Virus record (IMG/VR): IMGVR_UViG_3300021256_000087
Location: 1-64,000 of that record
Source: a virus
Lineage: Duplodnaviria; Caudoviricetes
DNA length: 64,000 bases
Direction: 5' to 3' (one strand)
Part shown: in pieces, positions 39,801 through 48,456 of the stretch
Layout of the letters: every line of letters starts with the position of its first letter
Numbering within the stretch: position 1 is the first letter of the stretch
Made by a program: the position numbers and the translations under genes
The notes under the pieces: model-generated
Told to the model about the DNA's origin: nothing
What the model saw: the letters and a program-made list of their open reading frames with translations, nothing else
Database searches by the model: none

Positions 39801-42800
39801 AGGATCAGGTTCCCCTTCTTTTGCCTTCGCTATATTTTTAGCTAATGCGTTATAAGAGATCCATTCAGAAAGTTTTCCTTTTTCGTCTAATCTAGAAACA
39901 CTAACATCTCCGCCATATTTTGATAATATTCGCGACATAGTGGTATTAATGATATCAGACTGTACAGACTCCAAATTGTCCTCAAAATGCCAAACCATCC
40001 TACCTTCTTCATCTTTGTCGATGCTATCTTTGAATCCCGCATCTCGCAGAGCTTTAATGATTTCACTTGACATTTCATCAAATAATTGAGAATGTGTGAT
40101 TTTAGACCAATCAATATTACTATAATCCATTTTGAGAAGTGTATCACCATGTCCTAAATACTCAATTTTAGATTTTCTCTTGCTAGCAGCATAAAGATCT
40201 GCATAGCTTGGAGCTAAATCGTCAGAAGATCCCCATGGATGCGTATGAAAATATATGCCAGACTTGGAATAAGGGACAACAACAGAGGTTTCGTCTCCTA
40301 CTACAGCTTCCCCACCGAAACCAAATTCATTATCAACATGACCAAATGTTTTCAGCATATCAATAATTATGGCAAGCTCATCTTTATACTCACCATTTAC
40401 CATTCGAGTATTTATCTGACCCACCATAGCAAACATTTGATCTCTACTCATACCTTCAGGTTTTACTGAAAAATCAGTTTTATCCCGCAAATTTTTAGGA
40501 TCAACAGCGTAATGATTTATCTTGTCCTCCAACAAATCCATAGACTTACGAAGCTCTAGATATTCCGCACTTAATTGTTTTTTTTCTTCAATTAATTTAA
40601 GTTCTTCATTGTGTTTTAATTTAGTGAAATCTTTTACCTCATTAAGTTGCGTGTTTAATCTATCTCGATCTTTTACCGCAATATAATCGTCTCTCTTTGT
40701 AATTAGATTATTTCTTTCTCGTTCTAATTTAGATACTTCTTTTTTATCGCGAGTATTATTCTCATCAGAAAGATATTCATTTATCTCGTTTATTCTATTT
40801 ACTAATGTCCTATAATCCTCTGGCGTTATTGCCCGAAGAGATGCTATATATTTTTTAGAAAATTTGCTTAACTTTTGATCTAAACTTTTTATTCTCTGAG
40901 GATTCTCATCGGCAATTTTGGCTTTTGCAAAATATTGATCTATCTCAGACATTCTACCCGATAATTTAGATAATTCTTCTTTTCCAGAAGCAAGGGTTTC
41001 CTTATCTTTCTCTATAATTTGATCAAGATAAGTTTTAATAAATTTCTGAACCAATGTCTTATCGAACGCAGTTACTTTATCGTATTGGTCTTCTGGCAAA
41101 GCCATTAATTTAGCCCAAGTTTCCTCATCATAAAGACCCGCTTCTTTAAGACGCGCAAGTTGAGTTTCTTTAACCGCTTTTTGGGCATTTTCATATTCAA
41201 TCTTTTTTTGCTCTGTAATGGCTTCTTGAACTTCTATCTCTTCATGCAGCGCCTTGATTGAGTTCATTGTCTCTAATTTCTTTTGTTCTTCAAGTTTCGC
41301 TGCTTGTTCTGCTTGTCTTGCCTTTTCTTTATCTCTTTGACGTTGACTTTCAGCTATTCTTTCTTCAGCTTCAACGATCATATCTTCCCGAGTCTTTGGT
41401 TCAACGGAGCCCGACGAAGGTTCTTCCGGTTTTATAGGAACCATCGTAGTATTTCTACCAGATTGTTCATGCGCCCCTGCCATTGTTTGCTGGAATCTTC
41501 TATCCATGGTCGCAACAATATCTTGAACATTGGTAAAATGCTTAAAGTCTATTTTACGATTAGGATCTATCTGAGTAACGTTTGCCAAAGTATTGTACTC
41601 TTTAAGGAAGCGTTGATGGTACACCCAATATGCATATAAATATTTACGCTCTTTTTCCATAGCGTCCATTTTTGCAGCTATTTCTTCTTCTGTGTTCTCC
41701 GACATCGAAGCTGCGTCCAACGGAATCTCTCCTATAAGTTTCTTTTTATATGCTCCTGCTTTATAACCATCAGGCAATTCGGCTTTTAATCGGTCTAATT
41801 CTTCTCTCCACGCTTGATCTTGTTCTGCATAATATAATTGTATTTCATTGAATTTATCAAATGGAATACCGTATGTATTTTCACTATAAGATATTCTTTC
41901 TTTTTTTCTGCTAAATGTTTTCTGAAGAAATAATTCTCGTTCCAGTGATTTCAAATATTCTTCGTCTGGGTCATCCATTCCTCTTACGGTCTCAATTTCG
42001 AGAGCTAATTGTGTAATCCTATCATTTTGATTTTTAATAATATTTCCGACAGTACGACCCTGTAAATAAGAAGTCATTCCCTTTGTTATATCTTTTTGCT
42101 GAGAAAGAGCTTTGACATAACCTTGGGTTTTTTCTAATTCTTTCTTTATTTCCCTAGCACGGGCTTTATTCTCTGCTAAATTATTATATTCATTTTGCAG
42201 CATCTCTCGCGCATTTGGAATAACCGCTCCTTCTTCAGCTGCTTCAGCCATATCTGCCTTTAACCCTTGGATTCTATTTGAAATGTCATTGCTAGTATTA
42301 GCAGCCTTACGAAGAGCTTGCGAAAGATTTTGTTCTTTTATCTGAAGAGTCTCTAATAAAGAATCTGTAAAATCTGTTTGAACAGCATCTATAAATCTTT
42401 GCTCCTCAGGGGAAAGCTCTTCTCCGGCCAAATATTTCGTTAACATATCTCTTGTGGCTACCGCGTCTCGATAAACCGGAGATTTTTCAGGGTCTCTTCC
42501 TGCCTCGGCCAAAGACTCTTCCATTTGTGTAATTTGATCTTGAACGTGATCCAATAATTGATTAACATTATCTTTTAATCCAGTATTAAAATCATCTCTT
42601 CTGTCATACATAACAGAGTGGGGAGTCTCGGTAGCATCGTCTATTTTTCGTAATTCTTCTCCATATTTATCCATTGCGAATCTACGTTGATCTATATCAG
42701 GATATACTCCTTGATACATTTCCTCAACGTCATTTGATTTTATATCGAGATCTATTGTACGTTTTAATTCTTGAGCCGTTTCCGTATTTTCTTTTATAGT

Positions 42801-45800
42801 TTCAGCAAGAGCCTCATTAGAATTTACAACCTTATCCTGACTATTTTCTTCGGCTTTAATTTCTTGGGCAACTTCTTGTATTTTAGCACCTGCATTATCT
42901 ATATTTTCTACACCCTTAATCTCTTGCTCAGTTTCTTGTGTCTTTACAATTGTTTTTTTTGACTCTTTTTCCAGAGAAGCCTTTCGCGCTTCGTCTTCTT
43001 GTCTTCGTATTTCGGCAATACGTTCTTCCTCTTTTCTTCGCGCTGCTGCTTCGGCAACTCTTTCTTCTTCTAATTTTGCCGCCTCAGCATCTTCTTTCTC
43101 TTTAAGCCTTTGCTGCTCTTCGGTTAAAATTATAGAAGGAGAATTATTTAATTTATTTTGTTCGAGAACCCTAGCTCTAGATCCCTCGCGCTCAAGATCA
43201 TCTTTTTCTCTTTGTTCAGCAAGTGTTTGCCGTAGTCTTTCTTTATCATTTTCTGTTGCGTTTTGTCTCCATTCTAGTACTTTTCTCCCCCATTCACTTC
43301 CTACGGTTTGTTGTCTCTGTTCTTTTTTTTCATCAGATTTTTGACTAGTATCCGAAGTGACAAAAATAGAGTCCTCAATTTTATCTAGTATATCTTTGGA
43401 TATTTCTTTATTTATATCTACACCTAATTTATCTCTCTGATGTACTTCAGCTATTAATAATTTAAGATATTCGGTATTTGCCTTAAAAAAGTCTGTAGCA
43501 TCCGAATATTCTATTTTATCACTATCACCTACTGCAATATTGAAATGATCGTTTGTTCCAACAAGACCACTCATTAATGATTTTATATAAGTACGAGGGG
43601 ATTTAAAATTCTCTACTTTTTTATTACCATGTTCTTTTAATGCCAATGCTTTGAGATCGTTAATCACATCACCAGTAATATCTTTTTCTATTGACGCGGT
43701 TATATCATCCGCAAAAATTCTAGCTTTTTCAATCCATTTATGGTTGCTTTCATTATGCAAAACAGAGTTCCCGCTTTTAGGATCTACTATACCGAGAAAA
43801 GATACCCTCCTCGCGGCTTCTTTCCGATCCGCCTCTTTGTTATACGTTGCAGTAATCCCCTTCATGTCAGCCAAAGCTCTGAGTTTAAGCTTATCGTCAT
43901 CAGATACCTCATCTCCAATGAAGAGTCTTTTTCGTATCTTATTCATCTCATTCAAGATTTTATCGTAATCCAGTTGTAATATTTCTTCTCCAAACTTGTA
44001 ACCAGCCTCATAAAATTTATGGATAAAAGATTTAGGGTCTGCTAATTTCTCATCGAATTTTTTTTGTGCTGTTTCATAATCTGTGTCCGTATTTACCGGT
44101 ATTAATTTAACTTCATTTTTATGTTCCGAAATATTATGTAATACATCATCATTTCCGCTTATCTTATCCGCGGCTTCTAATATTTTTTCTGCAGCAGCGT
44201 TAATGTTAGCTGCAGCTTGCTCCATAGTGACAGACGAATCTTTATATCCAGAGAAAGCATCTCTAATATTGTCGTTTATCTCTTCGTTGGCTTTCCATAC
44301 TTCGTTGGTTTTATCATCCACGAAATTATTTCCCCTAAGTGTTGCCGTGCTGAGTTTACCTCCAAATTCAGCCAGAACATCTTCAACAGCATTTCTCACC
44401 GCAGAAGAAATAGCCTTATCTTTTCCTCTAACAGTTTCAAATTCAGTGGTTCCAGTCCGTTCATCTTTTATAATACGGCCACCATTTGCAACCGCCGATT
44501 TAAAGATTCTGTCGATAATTTTATTTTCTAATTCATCAGGGGATATTTTGCTCCAATCAATTCCACCGAAATCCATTTTTAACAAACGTTCTCCGTGTGC
44601 TATATACGCTTCTTTAAGATGAGCTTCTCCCGTGAGCATTAAATCATTTCTGATATGACTCATATAGCTACGGATATCTTGAGCACTGGGCGCAAATGCG
44701 TCATACCCGAGTAACGGATGAGTGTGAAAATTTACTCCCAATCTTTTATTGGAAATCCTAATTTGATCCTCTTCTCCTTTGATTATTTCTTTACCATTAA
44801 ATCCAAATTCGGACACCATTTCGTCCTTAAAATTTTTAACAATATCTTTAATAATCTCAAAATAATCACCGACCTCACCGAGATCTTTATTCATAGATTT
44901 AACAGTCTGAGATAATTTCAAATTTTTTACTTCCTTTTCAGGATCAGCCATAAAATCTAGATTAAGACTATGGAACTTAGACACAACATCATCTACTTCT
45001 TTTATCTTATCTCTTATGAGCTTTTCGATGTCTTCTCCGTAACCGCCATACTTTGTAGTTCTATCTCCAATATAGCTCATAATGTGATCCTTAACTTTAG
45101 CGTATAACCCTTTTCTAGGATCTTTTGCTGTTTTTTCTTCTATGCCAGCTCTTAAAAGAGTGCCCATTATAGCTTCAATTTCACCATCGGTAATTTTATC
45201 TTTTTCGTAATCCCTTCCTTCTCGGCCCAGATATTTGTCAAGATTACCGATCAAAAAATTCAAAACGTCTCGATCAGTTTTTTTGTTATTTCGAGCATCT
45301 TTCGCGGCGAGAGCATATCTTTTTAAATTTATGTTTTTAGCTGCCTTAACAGATTTAAATATTTCTGCGTCGTCAGAAAACAAAGACCCAATATCTAATT
45401 GATTCACTTTAGAAGCGAACTCGTCTAGATTATTTTTTACAGATTTCAATTCATCAAAATAATCAAAAGAAGTTGAAAAGCCTTTCAATAAATCTTTATA
45501 TAGTCCTTTCCAATTTGAATTAAATCGCTCAGCTATAAAAGCTTTTTTAAAAGTACGCTCTATTGCTGAAAGATCTTCTTCAGAAAGCGTATTCTTATCT
45601 TTAACGAGATCTTCTAAATACTTATCAAGATCGACATAAAAATTAGCATGTGACTTTGTGCGATTTTTTTTTAAGTCTTCTATTATAGAACTATCAATCA
45701 AAGGCTCTTCTGTGTAGTTCCTTTTGCTTTTATTATTTTTCTTTGCAGGAGAACTCTTTTGAGGAACAACCTCTTCTACAACTTGAACTTTTTTTACTAC

Positions 45801-45899
45801 CGGCTCTTCTTCCATTTTTTCTATATATTTCTGAATAGCCCGTACTTCTTTTTCGAAATTCTTTTTATTAAGTTTTACGTTAATTTCATAATTGGCCAT
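30888..45899 (-). CDS. Giant tail tape measure protein (~5003 aa) with extra domains
   Basis: TP901-type TMP core (~36500-37400), long coiled coils, C-terminal YAKGG...ARTGEEVL; ATG 45899 after GGAGGTG. Confidence 0.88.
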   Translation of the reverse strand: MANYEINVKLNKKNFEKEVRAIQKYIEKMEEEPVVKKVQVVEEVVPQKSSPAKKNNKSKRNYTEEPLIDSSIIEDLKKNRTKSHANFYVDLDKYLEDLVKDKNTLSEEDLSAIERTFKKAFIAERFNSNWKGLYKDLLKGFSTSFDYFDELKSVKNNLDEFASKVNQLDIGSLFSDDAEIFKSVKAAKNINLKRYALAAKDARNNKKTDRDVLNFLIGNLDKYLGREGRDYEKDKITDGEIEAIMGTLLRAGIEEKTAKDPRKGLYAKVKDHIMSYIGDRTTKYGGYGEDIEKLIRDKIKEVDDVVSKFHSLNLDFMADPEKEVKNLKLSQTVKSMNKDLGEVGDYFEIIKDIVKNFKDEMVSEFGFNGKEIIKGEEDQIRISNKRLGVNFHTHPLLGYDAFAPSAQDIRSYMSHIRNDLMLTGEAHLKEAYIAHGERLLKMDFGGIDWSKISPDELENKIIDRIFKSAVANGGRIIKDERTGTTEFETVRGKDKAISSAVRNAVEDVLAEFGGKLSTATLRGNNFVDDKTNEVWKANEEINDNIRDAFSGYKDSSVTMEQAAANINAAAEKILEAADKISGNDDVLHNISEHKNEVKLIPVNTDTDYETAQKKFDEKLADPKSFIHKFYEAGYKFGEEILQLDYDKILNEMNKIRKRLFIGDEVSDDDKLKLRALADMKGITATYNKEADRKEAARRVSFLGIVDPKSGNSVLHNESNHKWIEKARIFADDITASIEKDITGDVINDLKALALKEHGNKKVENFKSPRTYIKSLMSGLVGTNDHFNIAVGDSDKIEYSDATDFFKANTEYLKLLIAEVHQRDKLGVDINKEISKDILDKIEDSIFVTSDTSQKSDEKKEQRQQTVGSEWGRKVLEWRQNATENDKERLRQTLAEQREKDDLEREGSRARVLEQNKLNNSPSIILTEEQQRLKEKEDAEAAKLEEERVAEAAARRKEEERIAEIRRQEDEARKASLEKESKKTIVKTQETEQEIKGVENIDNAGAKIQEVAQEIKAEENSQDKVVNSNEALAETIKENTETAQELKRTIDLDIKSNDVEEMYQGVYPDIDQRRFAMDKYGEELRKIDDATETPHSVMYDRRDDFNTGLKDNVNQLLDHVQDQITQMEESLAEAGRDPEKSPVYRDAVATRDMLTKYLAGEELSPEEQRFIDAVQTDFTDSLLETLQIKEQNLSQALRKAANTSNDISNRIQGLKADMAEAAEEGAVIPNAREMLQNEYNNLAENKARAREIKKELEKTQGYVKALSQQKDITKGMTSYLQGRTVGNIIKNQNDRITQLALEIETVRGMDDPDEEYLKSLERELFLQKTFSRKKERISYSENTYGIPFDKFNEIQLYYAEQDQAWREELDRLKAELPDGYKAGAYKKKLIGEIPLDAASMSENTEEEIAAKMDAMEKERKYLYAYWVYHQRFLKEYNTLANVTQIDPNRKIDFKHFTNVQDIVATMDRRFQQTMAGAHEQSGRNTTMVPIKPEEPSSGSVEPKTREDMIVEAEERIAESQRQRDKEKARQAEQAAKLEEQKKLETMNSIKALHEEIEVQEAITEQKKIEYENAQKAVKETQLARLKEAGLYDEETWAKLMALPEDQYDKVTAFDKTLVQKFIKTYLDQIIEKDKETLASGKEELSKLSGRMSEIDQYFAKAKIADENPQRIKSLDQKLSKFSKKYIASLRAITPEDYRTLVNRINEINEYLSDENNTRDKKEVSKLERERNNLITKRDDYIAVKDRDRLNTQLNEVKDFTKLKHNEELKLIEEKKQLSAEYLELRKSMDLLEDKINHYAVDPKNLRDKTDFSVKPEGMSRDQMFAMVGQINTRMVNGEYKDELAIIIDMLKTFGHVDNEFGFGGEAVVGDETSVVVPYSKSGIYFHTHPWGSSDDLAPSYADLYAASKRKSKIEYLGHGDTLLKMDYSNIDWSKITHSQLFDEMSSEIIKALRDAGFKDSIDKDEEGRMVWHFEDNLESVQSDIINTTMSRILSKYGGDVSVSRLDEKGKLSEWISYNALAKNIAKAKEGEPDPKGDAKEVSLLTDIREAITIFTDVMKSIHNPFKAEEDDYNAAQKNLDKLKTNFDSAIESLYLESQLPIARKKAIDSGLMTEKQFDSLKISNAQELDLWNSIVPKVSTAARAIDEFKLAIRRTFGKEYTDNKFKNKAESEQKPKTSQEPPKEPPKERKSIKKSDTNEPKTEPKIVGTEEGIVISSPHVTIVDTNHTEVLKTNVVNVQADSINADAKNSEGAEERKAITHDQVVEFLNKIDRIIIRSGENRDIEGLKKLKQDLINYDNPTNRADLKEWRRFNDRYSKLVAKNSLDAGKLTAYNNLVELQAKIQTKRLSGDNRGISKQKDSFNKLFSTYVEGSRLTTDEEKNIELDKITAEANRVVAEKILKDIEENGDKLVDNIKNNTDKGIIYSEEFMGNARNIIEARDRIVERLENVLFGESDTSIVEEALADGQQYIDNAKDLVKQSTNASSRVKIVDTGVIDRRIEELRSLMNAAIRDSIGDDVLGTINSINVRMNEHIGRLQDFKAGDIRSAEDYAKLVQEGDELSSTIENIKEINTQYQRTYNLRKLIAEAKFDTDADEGYIDNLTSKLNVAYNAIREYARGKDVGSEFVESILGSNSEYQEVGANLARQIGKIQKDISNSMVRKRQQGFGYTKAFENTVDEESAQAKELIRQLLNIENAGEGAEAIIRKAYRSLEDYRKRFIEAQSDQNVTVKASQVSKLLNDAIELQNNTRGRGVSADDRSRIYNLVNELQLLRVEGKKADEVVEGINRERYDNIKAEVMDLGSKYKQLGVYGVDAFTRIGKSLKAQFTAQIARYFSLYDIIRYVRTGVNTIKELDTAMVELRKVTDATEKEYSEFRDTIRSTAVDVASTNADLIQSAADWSRLGYSIKEATELAKDARVFVNVGDGVDIKGATDMMITAMKAFNITADDAMSIVDKYNEIGNHFALSATDIGDAMQRSASVLAASNTSFNESIALITAGNEILQDPEKTGTALRTIALRIRGASSELEEMGEETDYVVKSTSKLRELIKGYTSINGKYEGFDIMEDEDTFKSLADIIKGIGKVYDEMSDIDRTAMLEKLAGKNRSNALAAMLQNYKQIDNVLKSIEESEGSAMEENAHIVDSIQGRMTQLQTAGENFWQEFIDTDAVKNAISALTELLNVLTEIVGKVGLLPTLTAGAGIGLVGSNGGIQRYFQIRQNANYAQQQYDLDKVDYTSALENFKDLDQVFQDTDIDAENLKETFDNADEAWNTLAGATDKLTDSERKLENAQNALSESAKKDLQPAIKGLIVTIGITAVVTAINYAIKKYQEAQQASKEFAKETAKSNKSLDDYAKRIGEANRVLRDENSTTEQIRDAKNELITIQQELNETYGNYSTVIQNANSDLKEQNQLLIENQILKNREAARKSESTFNWRSIGSGSDRASTAEGVFNGRTGSNLGIFTNTVSAELALNVLKDILPKEVLKNNNLQTMRLGMIDFEAANYDELKTMLTQAQMELGREEYEGRIGTDAASDFIQRALDQMSKDEEEYLDEWLIAAQDRMAKEHYSEYESLMNSYYENLQNPTEETERALKDNLMTMWEIASDANDEGAKKWLRSFFKTYADEIENAHLDEYWNKQTENGANLGDRAEAVGKWLGDSGLSKTQILNYLTGGDLSGFSNDQQGWLKLLKDTFDAMGVDYTQALDRLYSQGLFKENNQLTFEDDYQSYRDAAASRFGMLGSSFDALGIGTDEELTIWKNIAEQATSAAEAVAMYKLETSGLEKTSDASTMLKNMEAQYKPMFDAMATAYKAIWSDSGFNISKVTSEQLESVRSQVESLNNDLKEKGLEGFSTDQINDFILTLSDATTTEKEAHDAFNGLATTLVDSLNPALGQASGETALFVQKTLTEMGVTNAADVLFSRLGYSAETYAAAKEEANKNEIDIDAEIGDLTEEQIQLILSNEALLNYYKGRILANSITIETKEDVNNLIKLYKSLGIATVGTLELAKAEEKLARADYLEHVAQNLGSGSYTASQYLKEANELRDEVANAISSVEVDWKPDVKWDANTMVDNDKSGDSKQKFDWIERAIKKIQRAVTNLGKVADATYKKWGDRIDALMGKTEEFHDEIGQFGRGNIDLYNRPQLWQEENGESWVETVLSESFEEDGKFVLVPTIDWDELGNPYEMTSDEALDRYHNTGEYLGIFDTLEEADDYAERLHLQQEAIYADYDKFTSGKYQKLKEEIALQEQAAQAYMAEANAIGLSAEYRSKVMNGLMDIETVTDEKLKEQISDFQEYYDKSTDAADAVEDLRGEIAQLAQTRFDYITKQFEEMALSIDHAATRIGHIQSTIESEGYFESTLLIEQLRAGAEDKLGQLQDEAQQLAASIDEAVSNGDIEYGSEQWWGMYDSLQNVNDQVLELQSNIAGYNDQIRQLEWDKFDYIQDSVSRLTEENEFLIDILQDEAMMFEKNALIGENLYANGNMSDAALSVQGLHVNSYQTLTEQAKDYAEEIEKINADLVKDPNNKKLLDRRNELIDQWRDIIKGISSEKQAIRDLIKQGYETFLDYLQKSIDYRKKALEAEKNLYDYERNVREQTEAITNYQQQLAALGGDNSEENRARLQQLADDLKKAEEDLQQTEYDKWLSDQEEMMDNMYEAFEKLIDDRLDNLDKLVAQAIDQTAASGETIKQSIQQELDEFPYDLENTSFGINFDMKISDAVGAVDAVKAVIEGMHTDANVNAQNQLNALSALANAVATSSANQAAQIANQIAQLGQNNGNNNGSNNGTNNSPQVTTDGIQGEDPSEGEEKSKKSVNIRKIQELEEQYQKYIELEKQYRQLAKSEEKKYKSLPPALSGANKQAVYDKWQGYLANVQFYHAQAVAAIKEANTLKNAAYAKGGTIGSAIKRTGEDGIILARTGEEVLSLERIKQMQSIFKMMQPLATLPANTLSNITSGTTINGMNVSFSLPNVTSYEDFVNKAKKDPQFEKLVQNITIGTALGKSKLSKYSI

Positions 45900-45941
45900 A
45901 AAACACCTCCACAAAAATAAAAGAGGCGTCCTTGACACCTC

Positions 45942-46634
45942 TTAACGTTTTTCTTCTATTAACTTTTCTATATCTTTATCTAGATCTTTGGATATCTCTT
46001 TCCATTTGGCATCCAAATGTTTCTTCGTAGTAATTTTCTTATATCGTTTGCCCATTTCCTTAAAGGGCAAGATATCAGAATCAGGGGGTATAATATTCGC
46101 ATCGTATATGTTTTTTAATATCCTTCTTCTACTTGGACGATCTGGATTACCTTTTAAATGATATTTGATATAATATTTTTTCTGACTTTCTTTCGTAGTA
46201 TACCATTTTTCGGAAACTATCTTTTTGTTATATCCAATGATTCCATGATAAAACATCATTTCAAATACTGCATTTTTATCATAGGGTTCTCCTTTATTTT
46301 CGCCCCAACGTGAAAAGATTTCTCCACGTATATTGCTAGACTCTACATTAACCCCTGATTTAAACCAGTCACTCTCCGAAGTATCAATTTGTATTCCACG
46401 ATTATTTCCAATATCATTATAAACATCTGAAGCCTTCAATAAAAACCGCGTTTTATCATAATCTTTACCAGAATTTTTCGCCCAATTAATATAGGCCTCC
46501 ATAAAATCTTCGTAAACTTCTTCGTACGCTTTTTCAATTTCTTCGACAATTTCTTGAGTAAATTGTTTGGCGTATCTTCTGAATTGCGTGTTAAGTACGT
46601 CCTTTATCCTCCCTAACTCCGTTCTCTTCGCCAT
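45942..46634 (-). CDS. Hypothetical tail-region protein
   Basis: 230-aa basic ORF upstream of the TMP. Confidence 0.65.
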   Translation of the reverse strand: MAKRTELGRIKDVLNTQFRRYAKQFTQEIVEEIEKAYEEVYEDFMEAYINWAKNSGKDYDKTRFLLKASDVYNDIGNNRGIQIDTSESDWFKSGVNVESSNIRGEIFSRWGENKGEPYDKNAVFEMMFYHGIIGYNKKIVSEKWYTTKESQKKYYIKYHLKGNPDRPSRRRILKNIYDANIIPPDSDILPFKEMGKRYKKITTKKHLDAKWKEISKDLDKDIEKLIEEKR

Positions 46635-47133
46635 TGGTACTACCTCCATTAATTTGATTCAAGGCCATCTTTTCAACAGCACTTTGCAGTATATTATCCA
46701 AACCCAATATAAGATTTTTTATACGACCTTGAATAGAGTTTACGTTTTCATATTCATCATCATAAATATTGTCTACAATATTCATAAATGTCATAACATC
46801 TTTTTTAGGTAGAGCAGACATAAGTATATCCTCGTATCCCTTTTCAGATAATATATTATAATCCTTTAATGTATCATCAGAAAAAGTTAAGTCCGTATAC
46901 ATTCTAATTAAAGCAAGCACAGTAAGAAAATGTTGTTTATTGGAATCAACCCAAAATATTTTTTGAATCTTTCCTTCCGCATCAACAATATCCTTATAGC
47001 ATGCCATCTCTATAATTTTATGACCTTCAGCAATCTTTTCTTCAAGAGGAACATATTGTCTTGTAATATGTTTCTGTATAACACCCTCTTTATGATCACT
47101 GTTCATTTGTTTAACAAACATTTCTATATTCAT
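46591..47133 (-). CDS. Hypothetical protein, possible tail assembly chaperone
   Basis: 180-aa helical ORF near the TMP; function by position only. Confidence 0.5.
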   Translation of the reverse strand: MNIEMFVKQMNSDHKEGVIQKHITRQYVPLEEKIAEGHKIIEMACYKDIVDAEGKIQKIFWVDSNKQHFLTVLALIRMYTDLTFSDDTLKDYNILSEKGYEDILMSALPKKDVMTFMNIVDNIYDDEYENVNSIQGRIKNLILGLDNILQSAVEKMALNQINGGSTNGEENGVREDKGRT

Positions 47134-47145
47134 GATTATCTCCTT

Positions 47146-47640
47146 TTATTCAAATAAATCATTGCATTCCGATAACCAACCAGCTTCCGCAATGCATATC
47201 GCTTCAGCCTCATCGTCTCCACATTTTATCTTGTATGTTTTATTTACTTTCTTTATTGCTTCCTGTTTAAGTTCTTCACGTTTAAGTTTCGTACCATTCT
47301 TATTACATAGTTTTATTCCGGCTAAACTTCTCCACGCGGATGGAAGCATTTTGGTAAAATTACATTTCATATCTTGACAAACATACATTACAGCTCCAAG
47401 AACATTTGACAACATCTTTGTTGTTTCAATATTTTGTTTATTCCATGAATCCTCTATGTATACAGCAGCGGGGGAATATTCTTTTATAATTGCCCCCAAT
47501 TCGCTCATCATATTCTTGACGCGTTGATCCGCATCATGATTGGATTTCATATTTATTGTATCGTGAAATATAAGTTTACCGTCTTCGATGACAGCAACTC
47601 CAGAACAAGTGGTACTAGCGTCAATGCCCATAACTTTCAT
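47146..47640 (-). CDS. ruvC: RuvC-like Holliday junction resolvase
   Basis: MGIDASTTCSGVAV, VYIED, DDEAEAICIA acidic catalytic pattern. Confidence 0.75.
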   Translation of the reverse strand: MKVMGIDASTTCSGVAVIEDGKLIFHDTINMKSNHDADQRVKNMMSELGAIIKEYSPAAVYIEDSWNKQNIETTKMLSNVLGAVMYVCQDMKCNFTKMLPSAWRSLAGIKLCNKNGTKLKREELKQEAIKKVNKTYKIKCGDDEAEAICIAEAGWLSECNDLFE

Positions 47641-47651
47641 AAGCAATACCT

Positions 47652-47906
47652 TTACTCACGCTGCTTGCACCATCTATCATAAGCATCGCGAGTATCCTCC
47701 CTATTAAATAAAAAGACCATAACTGGTTCATGCGTCTTACGGTCTTCACTAATTTCTATGTCATTAAGTACGACACCATTCCTCAGGTAAAAAATGCTCT
47801 GTTTAATATTGAGTATTCTTACCTGAGAAAATAGTTCATATGTCCTTCCAGTTATCTTACTTGTTTCATATCTTTTTTCGTTCATCCCGTTATTCCTTTC
47901 TATCAT
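47652..47906 (-). CDS. Hypothetical protein
   Basis: 84-aa ORF. Confidence 0.65.
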   Translation of the reverse strand: MIERNNGMNEKRYETSKITGRTYELFSQVRILNIKQSIFYLRNGVVLNDIEISEDRKTHEPVMVFLFNREDTRDAYDRWCKQRE

Positions 47907-48061
47907 CTTTCTACATTTGGATTTATTAACAATTCGATTTGTTGATACATCTCTGTTATAATAAGTTCAATGTTCGGCTGTTCATTTACCAATACCGGTA
48001 CGTATTTCTTATCTCTATTAGCAATAACTAATTGAGGTACTGAAGTAGTTTCTATATTCAT
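47903..48061 (-). CDS. Small hypothetical protein (not in ORF track)
   Basis: MNIETTSVPQ...NPNVER, 52 aa, fills the gap with a coupled overlap. Confidence 0.5.
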   Translation of the reverse strand: MNIETTSVPQLVIANRDKKYVPVLVNEQPNIELIITEMYQQIELLINPNVER

Positions 48062-48073
48062 ATCATCACCTTA

Positions 48074-48397
48074 TTAACTATTATGATAAGCGGTGTTAAT
48101 AATTGAATCTTTTACCATAACCTCTGCAATATCAGATTTAACTACTACCTCTTTAGCTTCAGGGCCATCAACACCTATTAACTGCACCTGAACGACGCCA
48201 GTCTTAAATTTAAGAGTATCTTCTTGCCTTAATGTAACTACTGCAATATTTACTGAATTTATAAATGGTTCCACATCCACAAAAAATGATCCTTGCTTAA
48301 ATCTAAAGAAAAGAGTAGATCCTAAGTCTGAATACTTAATTCCATTTGAAAGTTGAATTGTAAATATAGGAGTAGTGCCTCTTATAAAATCCGCCAT
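48074..48397 (-). CDS. BppU N-terminal-like structural protein
   Basis: IRGTTP...VTLRQEDTLKF..GVVQVQL pattern. Confidence 0.55.
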   Translation of the reverse strand: MADFIRGTTPIFTIQLSNGIKYSDLGSTLFFRFKQGSFFVDVEPFINSVNIAVVTLRQEDTLKFKTGVVQVQLIGVDGPEAKEVVVKSDIAEVMVKDSIINTAYHNS

Positions 48398-48410
48398 ATT
48401 AATCCTCCAC

Positions 48411-48453
48411 AAAAAATGGGATAAGCAATCACAATTGTGAATGTTATCCCATA
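48411..48453 (-). terminator. Intrinsic terminator
   Basis: ATGGGATAA/TTATCCCAT stem followed by a T-run on the - strand. Confidence 0.6.
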
Positions 48454-48456
48454 TAT

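Noticed and set aside
47146-47640. TnpB/Cas12-like nuclease
   Set aside because: Only about 165 aa, with no zinc finger, REC lobe, array or IS ends; it fits a plain resolvase.
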